Shown in pieces: positions 30,671 through 39,717 of a DNA stretch of 60,523 bases. Where the stretch lies: NCBI GenBank assembly GCA_016235085.1, contig JACRMA010000002.1, forward strand, positions 50,361 to 110,883, given 5' to 3'. Both the position numbers and the translations under genes were made by a program. A model generated the notes under the pieces. It was given only the letters and a program-made list of their open reading frames with translations, was not told the DNA's origin and did no database searches. The stretch comes from Candidatus Zixiibacteriota bacterium (lineage in GTDB: Bacteria > Zixibacteria > MSB-5A5 > WJJR01). Each line of letters opens with the position of its first letter. The stretch's first letter is position 1.

Positions 30671-30698
30671 CGGGCGGCCACATAGGGCCGCCCCTACG
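30671..30698 (-). repeat. REP-like GTAG-headed hairpin
   Basis: Minus strand reads GTAGGGGCGGCC-CTATGT-GGCCGCCC. An 8-bp GC stem (30672-30679 / 30686-30693) is preceded by GTAG. Confidence 0.5.
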
Positions 30699-30744
30699 CA
30701 TGGTGAGTGCTTTTGTCCGATTTGCCACCACGGAGAGCGTGGTT

Positions 30745-30814
30745 GGGAGGGCGAGGCTCCTGCCGAGCCATCTTCCCGCGCGGCAACAAGGCTCGGCAGG
30801 AGCCTCGCTCTCCC
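30745..30814. repeat. 25-bp inverted repeat (24/25) with a 20-nt loop
   Basis: GGGAGGGCGAGGCTCCTGCCGAGCC (30745-30769) pairs with GGCTCGGCAGGAGCCTCGCTCTCCC (30790-30814). It starts 28 nt after the gamma-lyase stop. Confidence 0.75.
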
Positions 30815-30841
30815 CGTGGAAGAATCCAAAGTCCTTGGGGA

Positions 30842-31984
30842 CTACGCCGATTTCAGCGCCATGTCCAGATCGGCAATCAAATCATCGATGTGTTCGATGC
30901 CAACCGACAAACGGATGAAGTTGCCGGTGATGCCGCGGCTCTCGCGCAACTCGGTGGGGATCGACGCGTGCGTCATCAGACCGGGATGCTCGATGAGCGA
31001 CTCGACTCCGCCCAGCGACTCGGCCAGTGAAAAGACCTTGGTTGCGGCACAGACCTTGCGCGCCTGCGACTCGCTGCCATCGAGGTAGAACGAAATCAGC
31101 GAGCCGAACCCCGACATCTGCTTCTTCGCGCGTTCGTGGTACTTAAAGCTCGGCAACCCCGGATAGAGCACACTTTGAACTCGTTTGTGCTGATGCAGGA
31201 ACTCCGCGATGGCGCGGGCATTGGCCTCGTGTTGCCGCATACGTACCGCGAGCGTCTTCAATCCGCGCAACACCAGCCAGCAATCAAAGGGACCGGGAAT
31301 TGCGCCCATCGCATTTTGCGCAAATGAGAGTCGTTCGAAAATCTTGTCGTCGGACAGCACCGCCGCTCCCCCGACCACGTCCGAGTGCCCGCCAAGAAAT
31401 TTGGTGGTCGAATGCACGACAATGTCGATGCCGAATTCCAGGGGACGCTGGAAATAGGGAGAAGCGAAAGTATTATCGACGACCGTCATCATGTTGTGCT
31501 TCCTGGCCAACTCGACCGCCCCGCGCAGATCGACAACCTTGAGCAGTGGATTGGTCGGTGTTTCCAACCACAACATCCGCGTGTTCGGCTTGACCGCAGC
31601 GACGACGTTGGCCAGATCGGACGTATCCACAAATGTGAAGTCGAGTCCGAAATCGCGGAAGATCCGCTCGAAGACCCGGTAGGTTCCGCCGTAGACATCA
31701 TCCGAGGAAATGACGTGATCGCCCTTCTTCAGAAGCGACATCGACGTTGTGATCGCGGCCATGCCCGAGGCAAATCCCAATCCGTACTTCCCGCCTTCGA
31801 GCGCGGCCAGGCACTGCTCCAGCGCCTTGCGAGTCGGATTGTGCGTGCGGGAGTATTCGTACCCTTTGTGCTGCCCGATCGCGGGCTGGGCGTATGTGGC
31901 GGTCTGGAAAATTGGGACGACAATCGCGCCGGTCTTCTCTTCCGGCTCCTGGCCCACATGGATGGCGGCGGTTTCAAATCGCAT
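30842..31984 (-). CDS. cystathionine gamma-lyase/gamma-synthase family PLP enzyme
   Basis: Starts MRFETAAIHVGQEPE and has the PLP-lysine motif HSTTKFLGGHSD. 380 aa. Lies directly downstream of the CBS gene. Confidence 0.9.
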   Translation of the reverse strand: MRFETAAIHVGQEPEEKTGAIVVPIFQTATYAQPAIGQHKGYEYSRTHNPTRKALEQCLAALEGGKYGLGFASGMAAITTSMSLLKKGDHVISSDDVYGGTYRVFERIFRDFGLDFTFVDTSDLANVVAAVKPNTRMLWLETPTNPLLKVVDLRGAVELARKHNMMTVVDNTFASPYFQRPLEFGIDIVVHSTTKFLGGHSDVVGGAAVLSDDKIFERLSFAQNAMGAIPGPFDCWLVLRGLKTLAVRMRQHEANARAIAEFLHQHKRVQSVLYPGLPSFKYHERAKKQMSGFGSLISFYLDGSESQARKVCAATKVFSLAESLGGVESLIEHPGLMTHASIPTELRESRGITGNFIRLSVGIEHIDDLIADLDMALKSA

Positions 31985-32025
31985 CAGGTTCTCGATTCCT
32001 GTTGAGTGTATTGGGATTCAGACTG

Positions 32026-33411
32026 CTATTCCTTGAATGTCCTGGCGAAGTAATCAATCAGATCAATTTTCGTGATCACGCCGGCAATCGCAGTGCCGTC
32101 GAGCACGACGACCATATCGCGCCCGGCCGCGAACGCCGACGAGACCGCCGCGAGTGATGTTTGCGGTGTGACCGTCCGGACGTCACGCTTGACGATCGAG
32201 CCGACGGGTTCCACGATACGATGCGTCCCGCTCATCATGTGACGCAGCAAATCGGCTTCGCTGATCAAGCCCACCAGCGCGCCATTCTCTACCACCGGCA
32301 ATTGCGAGATGTCGTGCTCTTTCATCTTCTCGACGACTTTGAACACCTTCTCCTCAGTCGTGACCGTGACCACTTTGGCTGGATGTCCGGCCAGCAGGTC
32401 CGCCACAGTCCCAATCTTTGGTGTTTCGTTCAAGAAGCTGTTGTCGCGCATCCATTCGTCGGCGAACATCTTCGAGAGGTACCGTGAACCCGAATCCGGC
32501 AGAACCACCACCGCACATTTGAAATGGTCGTGTCCGGCCAGGTATTTCAATGCCCCCGCGACGGCGCCGCCGGATGATCCGCCGGCGAACATGCCCTCTT
32601 CTGTCGTCAAACGCCGCCCGATCTGGAAGCATTCCTTGTCGTTGACCTGAACCATGTCATCAACGACGGAAAAGTCCATCGCCTTGGTCACCATGTCCTC
32701 GCCGATACCTTCGACTTTGTAAACCTTCGGCTCGATCAGCTTTTTGTCCCTAAACCAGTTGTAGAAGACCGACCCTTCCGGATCGATCGCGATCACCACG
32801 ATCTTTGGATTCTTCTCCTTCAGGAAACGTGCGGCACCCGACAGCGTGCCGCCAGTGCCGATTCCGGCGACGAAGCAATCGATTAATCCATCGGTCTGTT
32901 CCCAGATCTCCGGACCAGTGGTCATGTAATGCGCCTCGATGTTGTCGGGATTGTGGTACTGATTGACGTAGAACGATCCGGGCGTCTCGCGCGCGATGCG
33001 TTTGGCAGTTTCGTAATACGATTCCGGCGAGTCGGCGGGGACATTGGTTGGCGTGATGACCACCTTGGCGCCGTAGGCCTTGAGCAGGTTGACCTTCTCG
33101 GACGACATCTTGTCTGGCATCGTGAAGATGGCTTTGTAGCCCCGGACCGCAGCGACCATGGCGACACCCACGCCGGTATTCCCCGATGTGTTTTCTACAA
33201 TCGTGCCGCCGGGCTTGAGCTTTCCATCCCGCTCGGCCTTGTTGATGATATGGATCGCCATCCGGTCCTTGATCGACCCGCCCGGATTGAGAAACTCCAG
33301 CTTCACCCACATTGGAGTCTTCAGACTCCCGCAAACGCGGCGCAGACGCACCATCGGTGTCTGTCCGACCGCTTCCAATACATTATTGAATTGCCCTTTA
33401 GCCACGTCCAA
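32026..33411 (-). CDS. cystathionine beta-synthase (PALP domain + tandem CBS domains)
   Basis: CysK-like core (LNPGGSIKDR, SGNTGVG, GTGGT) plus two C-terminal CBS repeats. The ORF-track start is TTG 33411. GTG at 33403-33405 has better spacing to the AGGAAGGA Shine-Dalgarno. Confidence 0.9.
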   Translation of the reverse strand: MDVAKGQFNNVLEAVGQTPMVRLRRVCGSLKTPMWVKLEFLNPGGSIKDRMAIHIINKAERDGKLKPGGTIVENTSGNTGVGVAMVAAVRGYKAIFTMPDKMSSEKVNLLKAYGAKVVITPTNVPADSPESYYETAKRIARETPGSFYVNQYHNPDNIEAHYMTTGPEIWEQTDGLIDCFVAGIGTGGTLSGAARFLKEKNPKIVVIAIDPEGSVFYNWFRDKKLIEPKVYKVEGIGEDMVTKAMDFSVVDDMVQVNDKECFQIGRRLTTEEGMFAGGSSGGAVAGALKYLAGHDHFKCAVVVLPDSGSRYLSKMFADEWMRDNSFLNETPKIGTVADLLAGHPAKVVTVTTEEKVFKVVEKMKEHDISQLPVVENGALVGLISEADLLRHMMSGTHRIVEPVGSIVKRDVRTVTPQTSLAAVSSAFAAGRDMVVVLDGTAIAGVITKIDLIDYFARTFKE

Positions 33412-33447
33412 ATCCTTCCTCTACCCGGCATCGCCGAATGAGGTGGG

Positions 33448-33477
33448 AATCTACAGGAGGGCCTTGGGGAAAGTCAA
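33448..33477 (-). promoter_or_regulatory. candidate sigma70-type promoter for the CBS/gamma-lyase operon
   Basis: Minus strand has TTGACT (33472-33477), an 18-nt spacer, then TAGATT (33448-33453), about 40 nt upstream of the CBS start. Sequence match only. Confidence 0.25.
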
Positions 33478-33649
33478 CCAAGCGGGAGGGGGTTGCAGTT
33501 CGACCTCAATCGCCTCTCCGCGAATACTGCTCGTTTCCGGGCAGAACTTCTTACTTAAGAGATCTAGCTTTCTTTCCAGCTGCAGAACAGAACGTAGCGT
33601 AGGTTGGAAGCTGGATGGGCGAGTCTCGAACAGCTATCAGCGCAGGACT

Positions 33650-34777
33650 TCATGGTTTCGGTGCCAGACCTATGTTCATCGTAAACCGTCCGGATTCTGT
33701 GAGTATCACCTTTTCAACTGCCTTCGTTCGTGCGTTGACGATCGCGATCGGTCCGGCAAACGAGTTGATATAGACCTTGTCGGAGTTGGGCAGGAATCGG
33801 ATGGCATATGGGCTTTGCATTCTGGCAGGTCCGGCGAGGGGCCATACCACTGAAACTGTATCTTCTAGCACGCCGGTGACTGCGTCATAAACATGGATGC
33901 TGCCCTTGTGATCGGGATTGAAACCGTAAAGATCGCCGTGGTCAACCGTCCAAACCTCGCGCCCGTCCGGACTGACCTGACAATCATAGGGAGTATCGCC
34001 GGTCCTCGTAAGAAAGAGTAGCGCATGGTTGGTCAGATCGTACCCCGCGAGAGACAATGGATGGGCATTTCCGTAGACTTTTCCGTAGAAACGCGTCCCA
34101 TCCGGGGAAAAGGTGAACGGCAAGTCGACAATCAGTTGGGTTCCGGAATCCGGGCTGATGACAAACGAATCCACCGGAGTGCCGCTGGAGCTGTACACCA
34201 CGTACCGATAGGAAGAATGAGACATCTGGCCATGTTGGCGGTCGGCGCTGGCCACCAGCCCACTCGTCCCGAGACGTTCCGCAAACCAGCGAGGGCGCTC
34301 CCATACTGCCTTTAACGTGAACTCTGGAATCCCATAAACCAGCGCACTGTCGAACTGAGGACAAATGATGATCTTCTCGGAAGGAACAAAGACTGGGGGA
34401 AGCGACGGCGCAGACAGGTACCTGATCTGGGTCCGTGAAACGCCGTCGAAAATCTCAGCCGGCCGGCCGGAACACATGACAGCAAAGTAGCTTCCATCAG
34501 GGGAGACAACGACCTCAGGATCCGACTGAAACCCACGTGATACACTGTCAATAATCGAATCGGTGGAGCAATCGATGACCGCAATCCATCCTTCCGCGTA
34601 ACCGTGCATGGCGGCGTAAAGAACGTACTTTGTTGTCGGCTTTGATTCGGTTCCCTTGCTACAACTGATCAACGACATCGCGATCGCAACCAGCAGCGCA
34701 GCCTCGGCGAGACGATGCAGCACCGGGACCAGACTGCGACTGATCAGGAAGCATCGGAATGTCTGAAATCCGAGCAC
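33650..34777 (-). CDS. lipoprotein with YVTN/YncE-like beta-propeller repeats
   Basis: Signal peptide with lipobox (AMSLISCSKG). Repeated SPDGxxF/W blades (SPDGSYFAV, SPDGTRFYGKV, SPDGREVWTV). Confidence 0.7.
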   Translation of the reverse strand: MLGFQTFRCFLISRSLVPVLHRLAEAALLVAIAMSLISCSKGTESKPTTKYVLYAAMHGYAEGWIAVIDCSTDSIIDSVSRGFQSDPEVVVSPDGSYFAVMCSGRPAEIFDGVSRTQIRYLSAPSLPPVFVPSEKIIICPQFDSALVYGIPEFTLKAVWERPRWFAERLGTSGLVASADRQHGQMSHSSYRYVVYSSSGTPVDSFVISPDSGTQLIVDLPFTFSPDGTRFYGKVYGNAHPLSLAGYDLTNHALLFLTRTGDTPYDCQVSPDGREVWTVDHGDLYGFNPDHKGSIHVYDAVTGVLEDTVSVVWPLAGPARMQSPYAIRFLPNSDKVYINSFAGPIAIVNARTKAVEKVILTESGRFTMNIGLAPKP

Positions 34778-34946
34778 ATCACCTCCCCATCACGGCTTCG
34801 TGTTGCCTGACTCGCTGTGCTTCGAGTTCGTGTTCAGCACCGCTGCGCCACAATGCTGTTCGGCCAGAATGCGATGGTCACCGTGAAGGGTCAAGCGAAA
34901 TCCTGAACACGGTCAAGGAGCCCTTTCATCCTCCGGCGTTTAGGTC

Positions 34947-35099
34947 GTAGGGCGGGTGATTCACACTCGGACACCTTGCCTAACGGATAACGTCATGTGA
35001 ATCACCCGCCGTCCTCACGTACAGGGTCACACGGCGTGTGATTCACGCAGTGATGATATCGCGCATTAATGCGTTCGTGGCGTGAATCACCCGCCCTAC
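34947..35099. repeat. tandem pair of REPIN-like hairpins built from four copies of GGCGGGTGATTCAC
   Basis: The outer arms GTAGGGCGGGTGATTCAC (34947-34964) and its exact reverse complement (35082-35099) are 18/18 identical. Inner inverted copies lie at 34996-35010 and 35033-35048. The GTGAWTCAC cores start at 34956, 34997, 35038 and 35082. Confidence 0.8.
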
Positions 35100-35105
35100 C
35101 GGTTA

Positions 35106-35885
35106 TTAACGCGACAGGCGAAACTCCACCTTGAACGCAATCCTCACCGCAACCGGCCGGCCATTCTGAATCGCCGGCTTGTACAGATGTTTAAGGCTGA
35201 AATCGACCGCCGCCTGCTCGAAGCCGACATTACTGCCTGAGGATTGCAGGACCTTCGCTTCGCGGACCTTGCCCTCACGATCAACCAAAGCCTCAACGAC
35301 AACAACTCCCTCGGTACCGGTCAGCGCAGCCGTTTCCGGGTACTCCAGCGTGGTCTTGTCGATTCGCACCGGCAGCATCTCAACGGGCACAAATTCACCG
35401 GACTTAGGAAAGTACTCGTCGTCATTGCCGACAGGGCCCGGGATGACAAATACCCCGGGAGTTTCACCGGTCGTTGGCGGGAGTGTTGGATTGATCTCAG
35501 CAAGCTCGTCCCTGGTGGGGAAATGGACCTGCACTGGTGCTTCCGCGTCGGGAACCGGCTGAGGAATTCCGAACTCGGGCATGGGCACCTCCGGGTTCGA
35601 AACCAGCGCTTGCGGCAACGCCGTCGTTAGCCTTGGCGGTGGAGCGAGTTGGGTGATGCCGGGGATGATTATGATTTCCTGTTCCACGATGGCAGCCGGT
35701 TGCCGGTGCCTGTACATTCGGACGCCGCCGACGATCAGCAGATGCACCGTCGCCGCCAGCAGAACACCCGCTGCCATGTTGCGCTGATAGCAGCGCTTGA
35801 TCTCGAGTGCGCCATACAGCACATGCCCTGGTCCAGTCCCCGCCACGGGACTCGTCAGCGCAATTGTTCCCAATGCCCTGCGCAT
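35106..35885 (-). CDS. TonB-family energy transducer (paralog 2)
   Basis: N-terminal anchor (YQRNMAAGVLLAATVHLLIVGG), a Pro-rich linker, and a TonB_C domain (GVVVVEALVDREGKV...YKPAIQNGRPVAV). Confidence 0.85.
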   Translation of the reverse strand: MRRALGTIALTSPVAGTGPGHVLYGALEIKRCYQRNMAAGVLLAATVHLLIVGGVRMYRHRQPAAIVEQEIIIIPGITQLAPPPRLTTALPQALVSNPEVPMPEFGIPQPVPDAEAPVQVHFPTRDELAEINPTLPPTTGETPGVFVIPGPVGNDDEYFPKSGEFVPVEMLPVRIDKTTLEYPETAALTGTEGVVVVEALVDREGKVREAKVLQSSGSNVGFEQAAVDFSLKHLYKPAIQNGRPVAVRIAFKVEFRLSR

Positions 35886-35990
35886 GGATTGCCTCCTTGC
35901 TCAAATGATTCCGCCGGTCCGCTCACGCGTCCGGAGATCACTGCTCATGTGTTGTTCCAAATGAATTACGCCTGAGCGGCGCTGGTATTC

Positions 35991-36035
35991 CAAAAAGAGG
36001 CAAGAAAAAGCCCCTCGCCTGTTATGGTGAGGGGC
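35991..36035 (-). terminator. intrinsic terminator after tonB paralog 1
   Basis: Minus strand reads GCCCCTCACC-ATAACA-GGCGAGGGGC (9/10 pairs) followed by TTTTTCTTGCCTCTTTTT. It begins 33 nt after the stop at 36068. Confidence 0.65.
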
Positions 36036-36067
36036 GGAAGACCTGTGCCCGGCGATGTGTGCCAGAG

Positions 36068-36820
36068 CTATTTGGTTTTGAATTCGACTTTGTAGGAAAC
36101 CCAAACCGCCACCGGCCGGCCGTTTTGGATGGCAGGCTTGTAACGGTTCTTCAGCGCCGCTTCGAGCGCCGCTTCCTCGAATCCCACTTTGCTGCCGGAG
36201 GGCTTTAACACACGCGCGTCGCGGACCTTGCCCTCCTTGTCGACGAGCGCCTGAATCCAGACCACGCCGGTCGTCCCGGTCAGTGTGGCCAATTCCGGCG
36301 TGATGGGATTCTCGTGGGAGATCTCCACCGGCTGTTCTTCAACAGCCACAAACTCGCCGGCCTGCGGGAAATACTCCTCGTTCAGCGCGCTGGGATCGAC
36401 AACCACCGAGTCGCCGCGTCCTCCGGTCGATGGCGCCACCACCGGCGCGGACAATTCGGCCAATTCCGCCCGCGTGGCGAAATGCACGTCCTCGGGGGCT
36501 TCTTCGTCCGGCACCGGCGTCGGGATACCGATCGACGGGGGAGTAATATTTGGCTCGGCCACGTTGACTTGCGGTTTGGCCGCTGTCATCGAAGGTGGCG
36601 GAGCAATGTCCGACATCGCCTTGATGCGCACGATGCCAACGGCTTCGACATCATTGCGCGATTTGATGTATTGGTAAACCAGCATTCCGGCTACCAGGGT
36701 AATGTGGAGCAGAGCGGCCAGCCCGACTCCCATTGCCATATTGCGCTGGTACGAGCGTTTGAGCTCAAACGCTCCGTACCATCCCCCCGGCATTATCGCC
36801 GCAGATGGTTTTGCGCTCAT
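36068..36820 (-). CDS. TonB-family energy transducer (paralog 1)
   Basis: Same architecture as 35106..35885 (YQRNMAMGVGLAALLHITLVAG; Pro-rich linker; GVVWIQALVDKEGKV...YKPAIQNGRPVAV). Its start overlaps the exbD stop by 4 nt. Confidence 0.85.
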   Translation of the reverse strand: MSAKPSAAIMPGGWYGAFELKRSYQRNMAMGVGLAALLHITLVAGMLVYQYIKSRNDVEAVGIVRIKAMSDIAPPPSMTAAKPQVNVAEPNITPPSIGIPTPVPDEEAPEDVHFATRAELAELSAPVVAPSTGGRGDSVVVDPSALNEEYFPQAGEFVAVEEQPVEISHENPITPELATLTGTTGVVWIQALVDKEGKVRDARVLKPSGSKVGFEEAALEAALKNRYKPAIQNGRPVAVWVSYKVEFKTK

Positions 36821-37413
36821 GGCGTCGCCGTCCCTTCTTCCACCTCCGCTTCACCGGTTACCTTGGCAATCGTCTTGGTATCCAGTCGCGTCCAAGGCCC
36901 CAGAGAGAAGGTATAGGAGAACTCGGGGTCATCCTTGGGGACGGTACCCCTCTCCTTGCCTACTTTCTGTGCCTCCTTGAGGCGGTATTCAACGATTTCA
37001 ATTCGGTCGAGAACCTCGACCATCCGGGAATACCGGGCACCCTTGTTAATCTTCACAAGTGTGATCAACCCCGGAATCTCATGGACCTTGTCCTGCAAGA
37101 GCTTGGGGAGCGCCGGAAGTTCGACCTGTTGCGGATCCTCTTTCGCAACGTTCCAGAAAATGCGGTTCTTCGCGTCAATCCGCAGAGTCAGAACTTTGGA
37201 CTCGCCGGTCGGCTTCTCCGTTTGTGTGGGCGGCAGATTGATCTCCATCGCCTGGGGTTCGGAGAAGATGGTCGAGACCATGTAGAAGATCAGGAGCAGA
37301 AAGGCGATATCGACCATTGGGGTCATATCGATCCGAACTGCCACCCGCCTTTTGGGCCGTCGCAACCCCTTCTTTTTTTGTGGCTTATCGCCGCCGAGAT
37401 CAACAGAACCCAT
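36817..37413 (-). CDS. ExbD/TolR-family biopolymer transport protein (long form)
   Basis: RIDMTPMVDIAFLLLIFYMV transmembrane signature. 198 aa with a C-terminal extension. Confidence 0.85.
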   Translation of the reverse strand: MGSVDLGGDKPQKKKGLRRPKRRVAVRIDMTPMVDIAFLLLIFYMVSTIFSEPQAMEINLPPTQTEKPTGESKVLTLRIDAKNRIFWNVAKEDPQQVELPALPKLLQDKVHEIPGLITLVKINKGARYSRMVEVLDRIEIVEYRLKEAQKVGKERGTVPKDDPEFSYTFSLGPWTRLDTKTIAKVTGEAEVEEGTATP

Positions 37414-37527
37414 TACTTCACTCCCTCAAAGAGATGGCACCCTGGACCACCTTTGGCCAATCCAGAGCCCCCAACTCCTCGCAGATCATGCCTGCACTCT
37501 GTTATACGCTTCCAAATCCGCATTCGA

Positions 37528-38040
37528 TCACCCGCCGCCAACGGTCCTTGAGAGGGTGCGATCCAGATCGGTTACTACCTGGAAGCTCGTGAGATTCTGA
37601 TCCTGCATTGCTTTCATGATCTTCTCGACCACGCCGAACGACGCGTCCTTGTCCGCCTTCATGACCAGGAAAAGGTCTTTGATATTCTGCGAAATCGCTT
37701 TCAGCCGCATCTTTTGGATTTCGTTCCCGACCCCCTCCGGTGTGGAGGTCAGATACTCCCGCTCAGGCAACTCAATCGAGTCCGCAATGGTGGGATCGAA
37801 CTTCTTGACCTTGAGGATGTAGTCAAGGAAGACCGAATCCTGCTTCGTCACCGTGATCGTGATGAAGTTCTTCAGCGGCAACTGGCGTTGCGAGGTCGAG
37901 GTCGGCAGCACCACCTGCTTCTGTTCCGGCGGTTTGAACTGCGTCGTCGTCATGTAGAAGATCAACAGCAGGAACGCAATATCCACCATCGGGGTCATAT
38001 CGATGCGGACAGCGATCCGTCTTTTACTCTTTTTGGTCAT
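37528..38040 (-). CDS. ExbD/TolR-family biopolymer transport protein
   Basis: RIDMTPMVDIAFLLLIFYMTT signature. 170 aa. Confidence 0.9.
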   Translation of the reverse strand: MTKKSKRRIAVRIDMTPMVDIAFLLLIFYMTTTQFKPPEQKQVVLPTSTSQRQLPLKNFITITVTKQDSVFLDYILKVKKFDPTIADSIELPEREYLTSTPEGVGNEIQKMRLKAISQNIKDLFLVMKADKDASFGVVEKIMKAMQDQNLTSFQVVTDLDRTLSRTVGGG

Positions 38041-38043
38041 GAC

Positions 38044-38784
38044 TTAGGCACCAGCCGTGCGCGCTTCACGCGACTTGAGAAGTTGGACAACCTCGTACGA
38101 TGCTTCGTCAATCGTGTAATTGAAACTGTCGACCTTGTTCACGAAGAAGTTGTATGCCACGATTCCGATGATGGCATCCAGAAGTCCGCCGGCCGTATTG
38201 ACCAGGGCCTCCGAAATACCAGTGGCCAGGGACGTCGCATCAATGACACCGCCCGCGGCATGACCAGTGGCCTTAAACGCACGAATCATACCGATCGTGG
38301 TTCCAAGCAGCCCGATCATGGTCGCGATGGACGCGATGGTCGAGAGGGCGATCAGATTGCGCTCCAGAAGCGGAACTTCCAGAGAGTTGGCTTCTTCAAT
38401 CGCCCGCTGTGTCTCTTCGACACGCTTGTCTGTATTAAGCGAGTGGTCGTCTTTCACCTGCGAATACCGTTCGATACCGGCGCGCAAGACGTTGGCGCAG
38501 GAACCGCGCTGCTTGTCGCAAGCGGCCACGGCGCCCTTGTAGTCACCTTTGTGGAGGGCATCGACGACATGCTTGAAGAACGCCTGCACCGAACTGGCGC
38601 CACGCGCCTTCCGGAGCGTAAACAACCGCTCGAGAATGAAGGCCACCAGCATCACCGACAACGCAATCAGGAGGGCAACCAGGTACCCGCCCTTTTGAAG
38701 ATAGTCCGGCAGCTGCGTCCAGATGATGAAGCCGGTAGCCAGCGAGACCACCATCACGACCACGACGAACAAACTCTGTTTCAC
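38044..38784 (-). CDS. MotA/TolQ/ExbB proton-channel protein
   Basis: Three TM segments and the conserved C-terminal region STIASIATMIGLLGTTIGMIRAF...GISEALVNTAGGL. Confidence 0.92.
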   Translation of the reverse strand: MKQSLFVVVVMVVSLATGFIIWTQLPDYLQKGGYLVALLIALSVMLVAFILERLFTLRKARGASSVQAFFKHVVDALHKGDYKGAVAACDKQRGSCANVLRAGIERYSQVKDDHSLNTDKRVEETQRAIEEANSLEVPLLERNLIALSTIASIATMIGLLGTTIGMIRAFKATGHAAGGVIDATSLATGISEALVNTAGGLLDAIIGIVAYNFFVNKVDSFNYTIDEASYEVVQLLKSREARTAGA

Positions 38785-38936
38785 CGACCGCCTCCTTTGA
38801 CCCGACTGACTTCGCCTCGATGGTCATCCCCGCGAAGCGCCGTCATTGTACGTTTTCCCACTTGAGTGTTTCTCCGATTACGACCAGTTATGATGCAACA
38901 TGCGACCGGGCCGGCCGGAGCCGTCTCCGGCAGCGA

Positions 38937-39680
38937 CTACAAATCCCCGGATTTGACGCCGGCGACGAACCCGGCTCCCAGCGCCGAATACGCGCCATAC
39001 GAAAGCAACATCAACAGGTCGCCCAACCCGTACGATTCGCCGGGATCGATCATTCCCCAGGACGCGTAACCCGGGATCTGACCGCCGGCGAGTGACAATA
39101 CGAAAATGGCGACCCCGGCAAAAAAGACTCCGTAACCGAGCTGCAATGGCTTGCGCAGCCTCTCCTGAAATGCATCCTCGGATGGCGCCTTCGTCCAAAG
39201 TAGTGCCAGAATCCAGATGCCGAGTAGCGGAGTGACAATGGCGGAAAGCAACGCCAGTATGGCCGACAGTCCGACCGTCAACCCGCCGGAAAACGCTGTC
39301 CCGATACCGCCAAACAACGTCCCAATTACGCCCATCCACGAGAGCGAGAAGTCGCTGCCGGTTACGGTGCGGAACTGCACCCAGGGCAGGACTGCGGTCA
39401 GGAGCATGACCGCCCCCACCGCCGTCATCACCAGCTTGTCGACCTTGGACAGTGCAACGTCATGCAAAAGCGAAAAGTCGCGATCGAGAGACGAAACACC
39501 CACACCGAGCTGAACCTGCTTCGAATACTCGGCGGCCTCGGCATCGGATTTCCAGAACCGAGGAATCTGCTTCGAATAGACTTCGAAGCCGATGAACCGA
39601 AACCGCATTTCTTCGCTGATGTCTTGATCCGCAGGCGTCTGCGGCGGGGCCGAATTGGGTCGTGTGGCAGTCATTGTCAT
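38937..39680 (-). CDS. hypothetical polytopic membrane protein
   Basis: 247 aa with a soluble N-terminal ~80 aa, then about 5 Gly-rich hydrophobic helices. No family recognised. Confidence 0.6.
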   Translation of the reverse strand: MTMTATRPNSAPPQTPADQDISEEMRFRFIGFEVYSKQIPRFWKSDAEAAEYSKQVQLGVGVSSLDRDFSLLHDVALSKVDKLVMTAVGAVMLLTAVLPWVQFRTVTGSDFSLSWMGVIGTLFGGIGTAFSGGLTVGLSAILALLSAIVTPLLGIWILALLWTKAPSEDAFQERLRKPLQLGYGVFFAGVAIFVLSLAGGQIPGYASWGMIDPGESYGLGDLLMLLSYGAYSALGAGFVAGVKSGDL

Positions 39681-39717
39681 CCGTTGGCTAAACTGTGTCC
39701 ATCAATCCGCAAAAGGC

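Noticed and set aside
30364-30918. Several 85-105-aa ORFs in the DUF302 / gamma-lyase intergenic gap
   Set aside because: They are read through palindromic repeat elements, giving peptide strings typical of translated REP-like sequences, and they overlap each other in multiple frames. None has a start-site context.
33412-33649. Possible SAM/SAH riboswitch upstream of the cystathionine beta-synthase operon
   Set aside because: I read the minus strand looking for the SAM-I core (GAGGGA...GCCC...) and SAH-type motifs and found neither. Only a weak sigma70-like promoter match is present. An Rfam scan would be needed to be sure.
34947-35099. Possible mini-CRISPR array (four repeats with ~41-nt spacing)
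   Set aside because: The repeats alternate in orientation (inverted, hairpin-forming), are only ~15-18 nt long, and number only four. No cas genes are present. They fit REP/REPIN-type elements instead.
35593-35604. GGGTTCGAAACC, a T-loop-like string suggesting a tRNA
   Set aside because: It lies inside the TonB paralog coding sequence. No acceptor, D or anticodon stems can be drawn around it.
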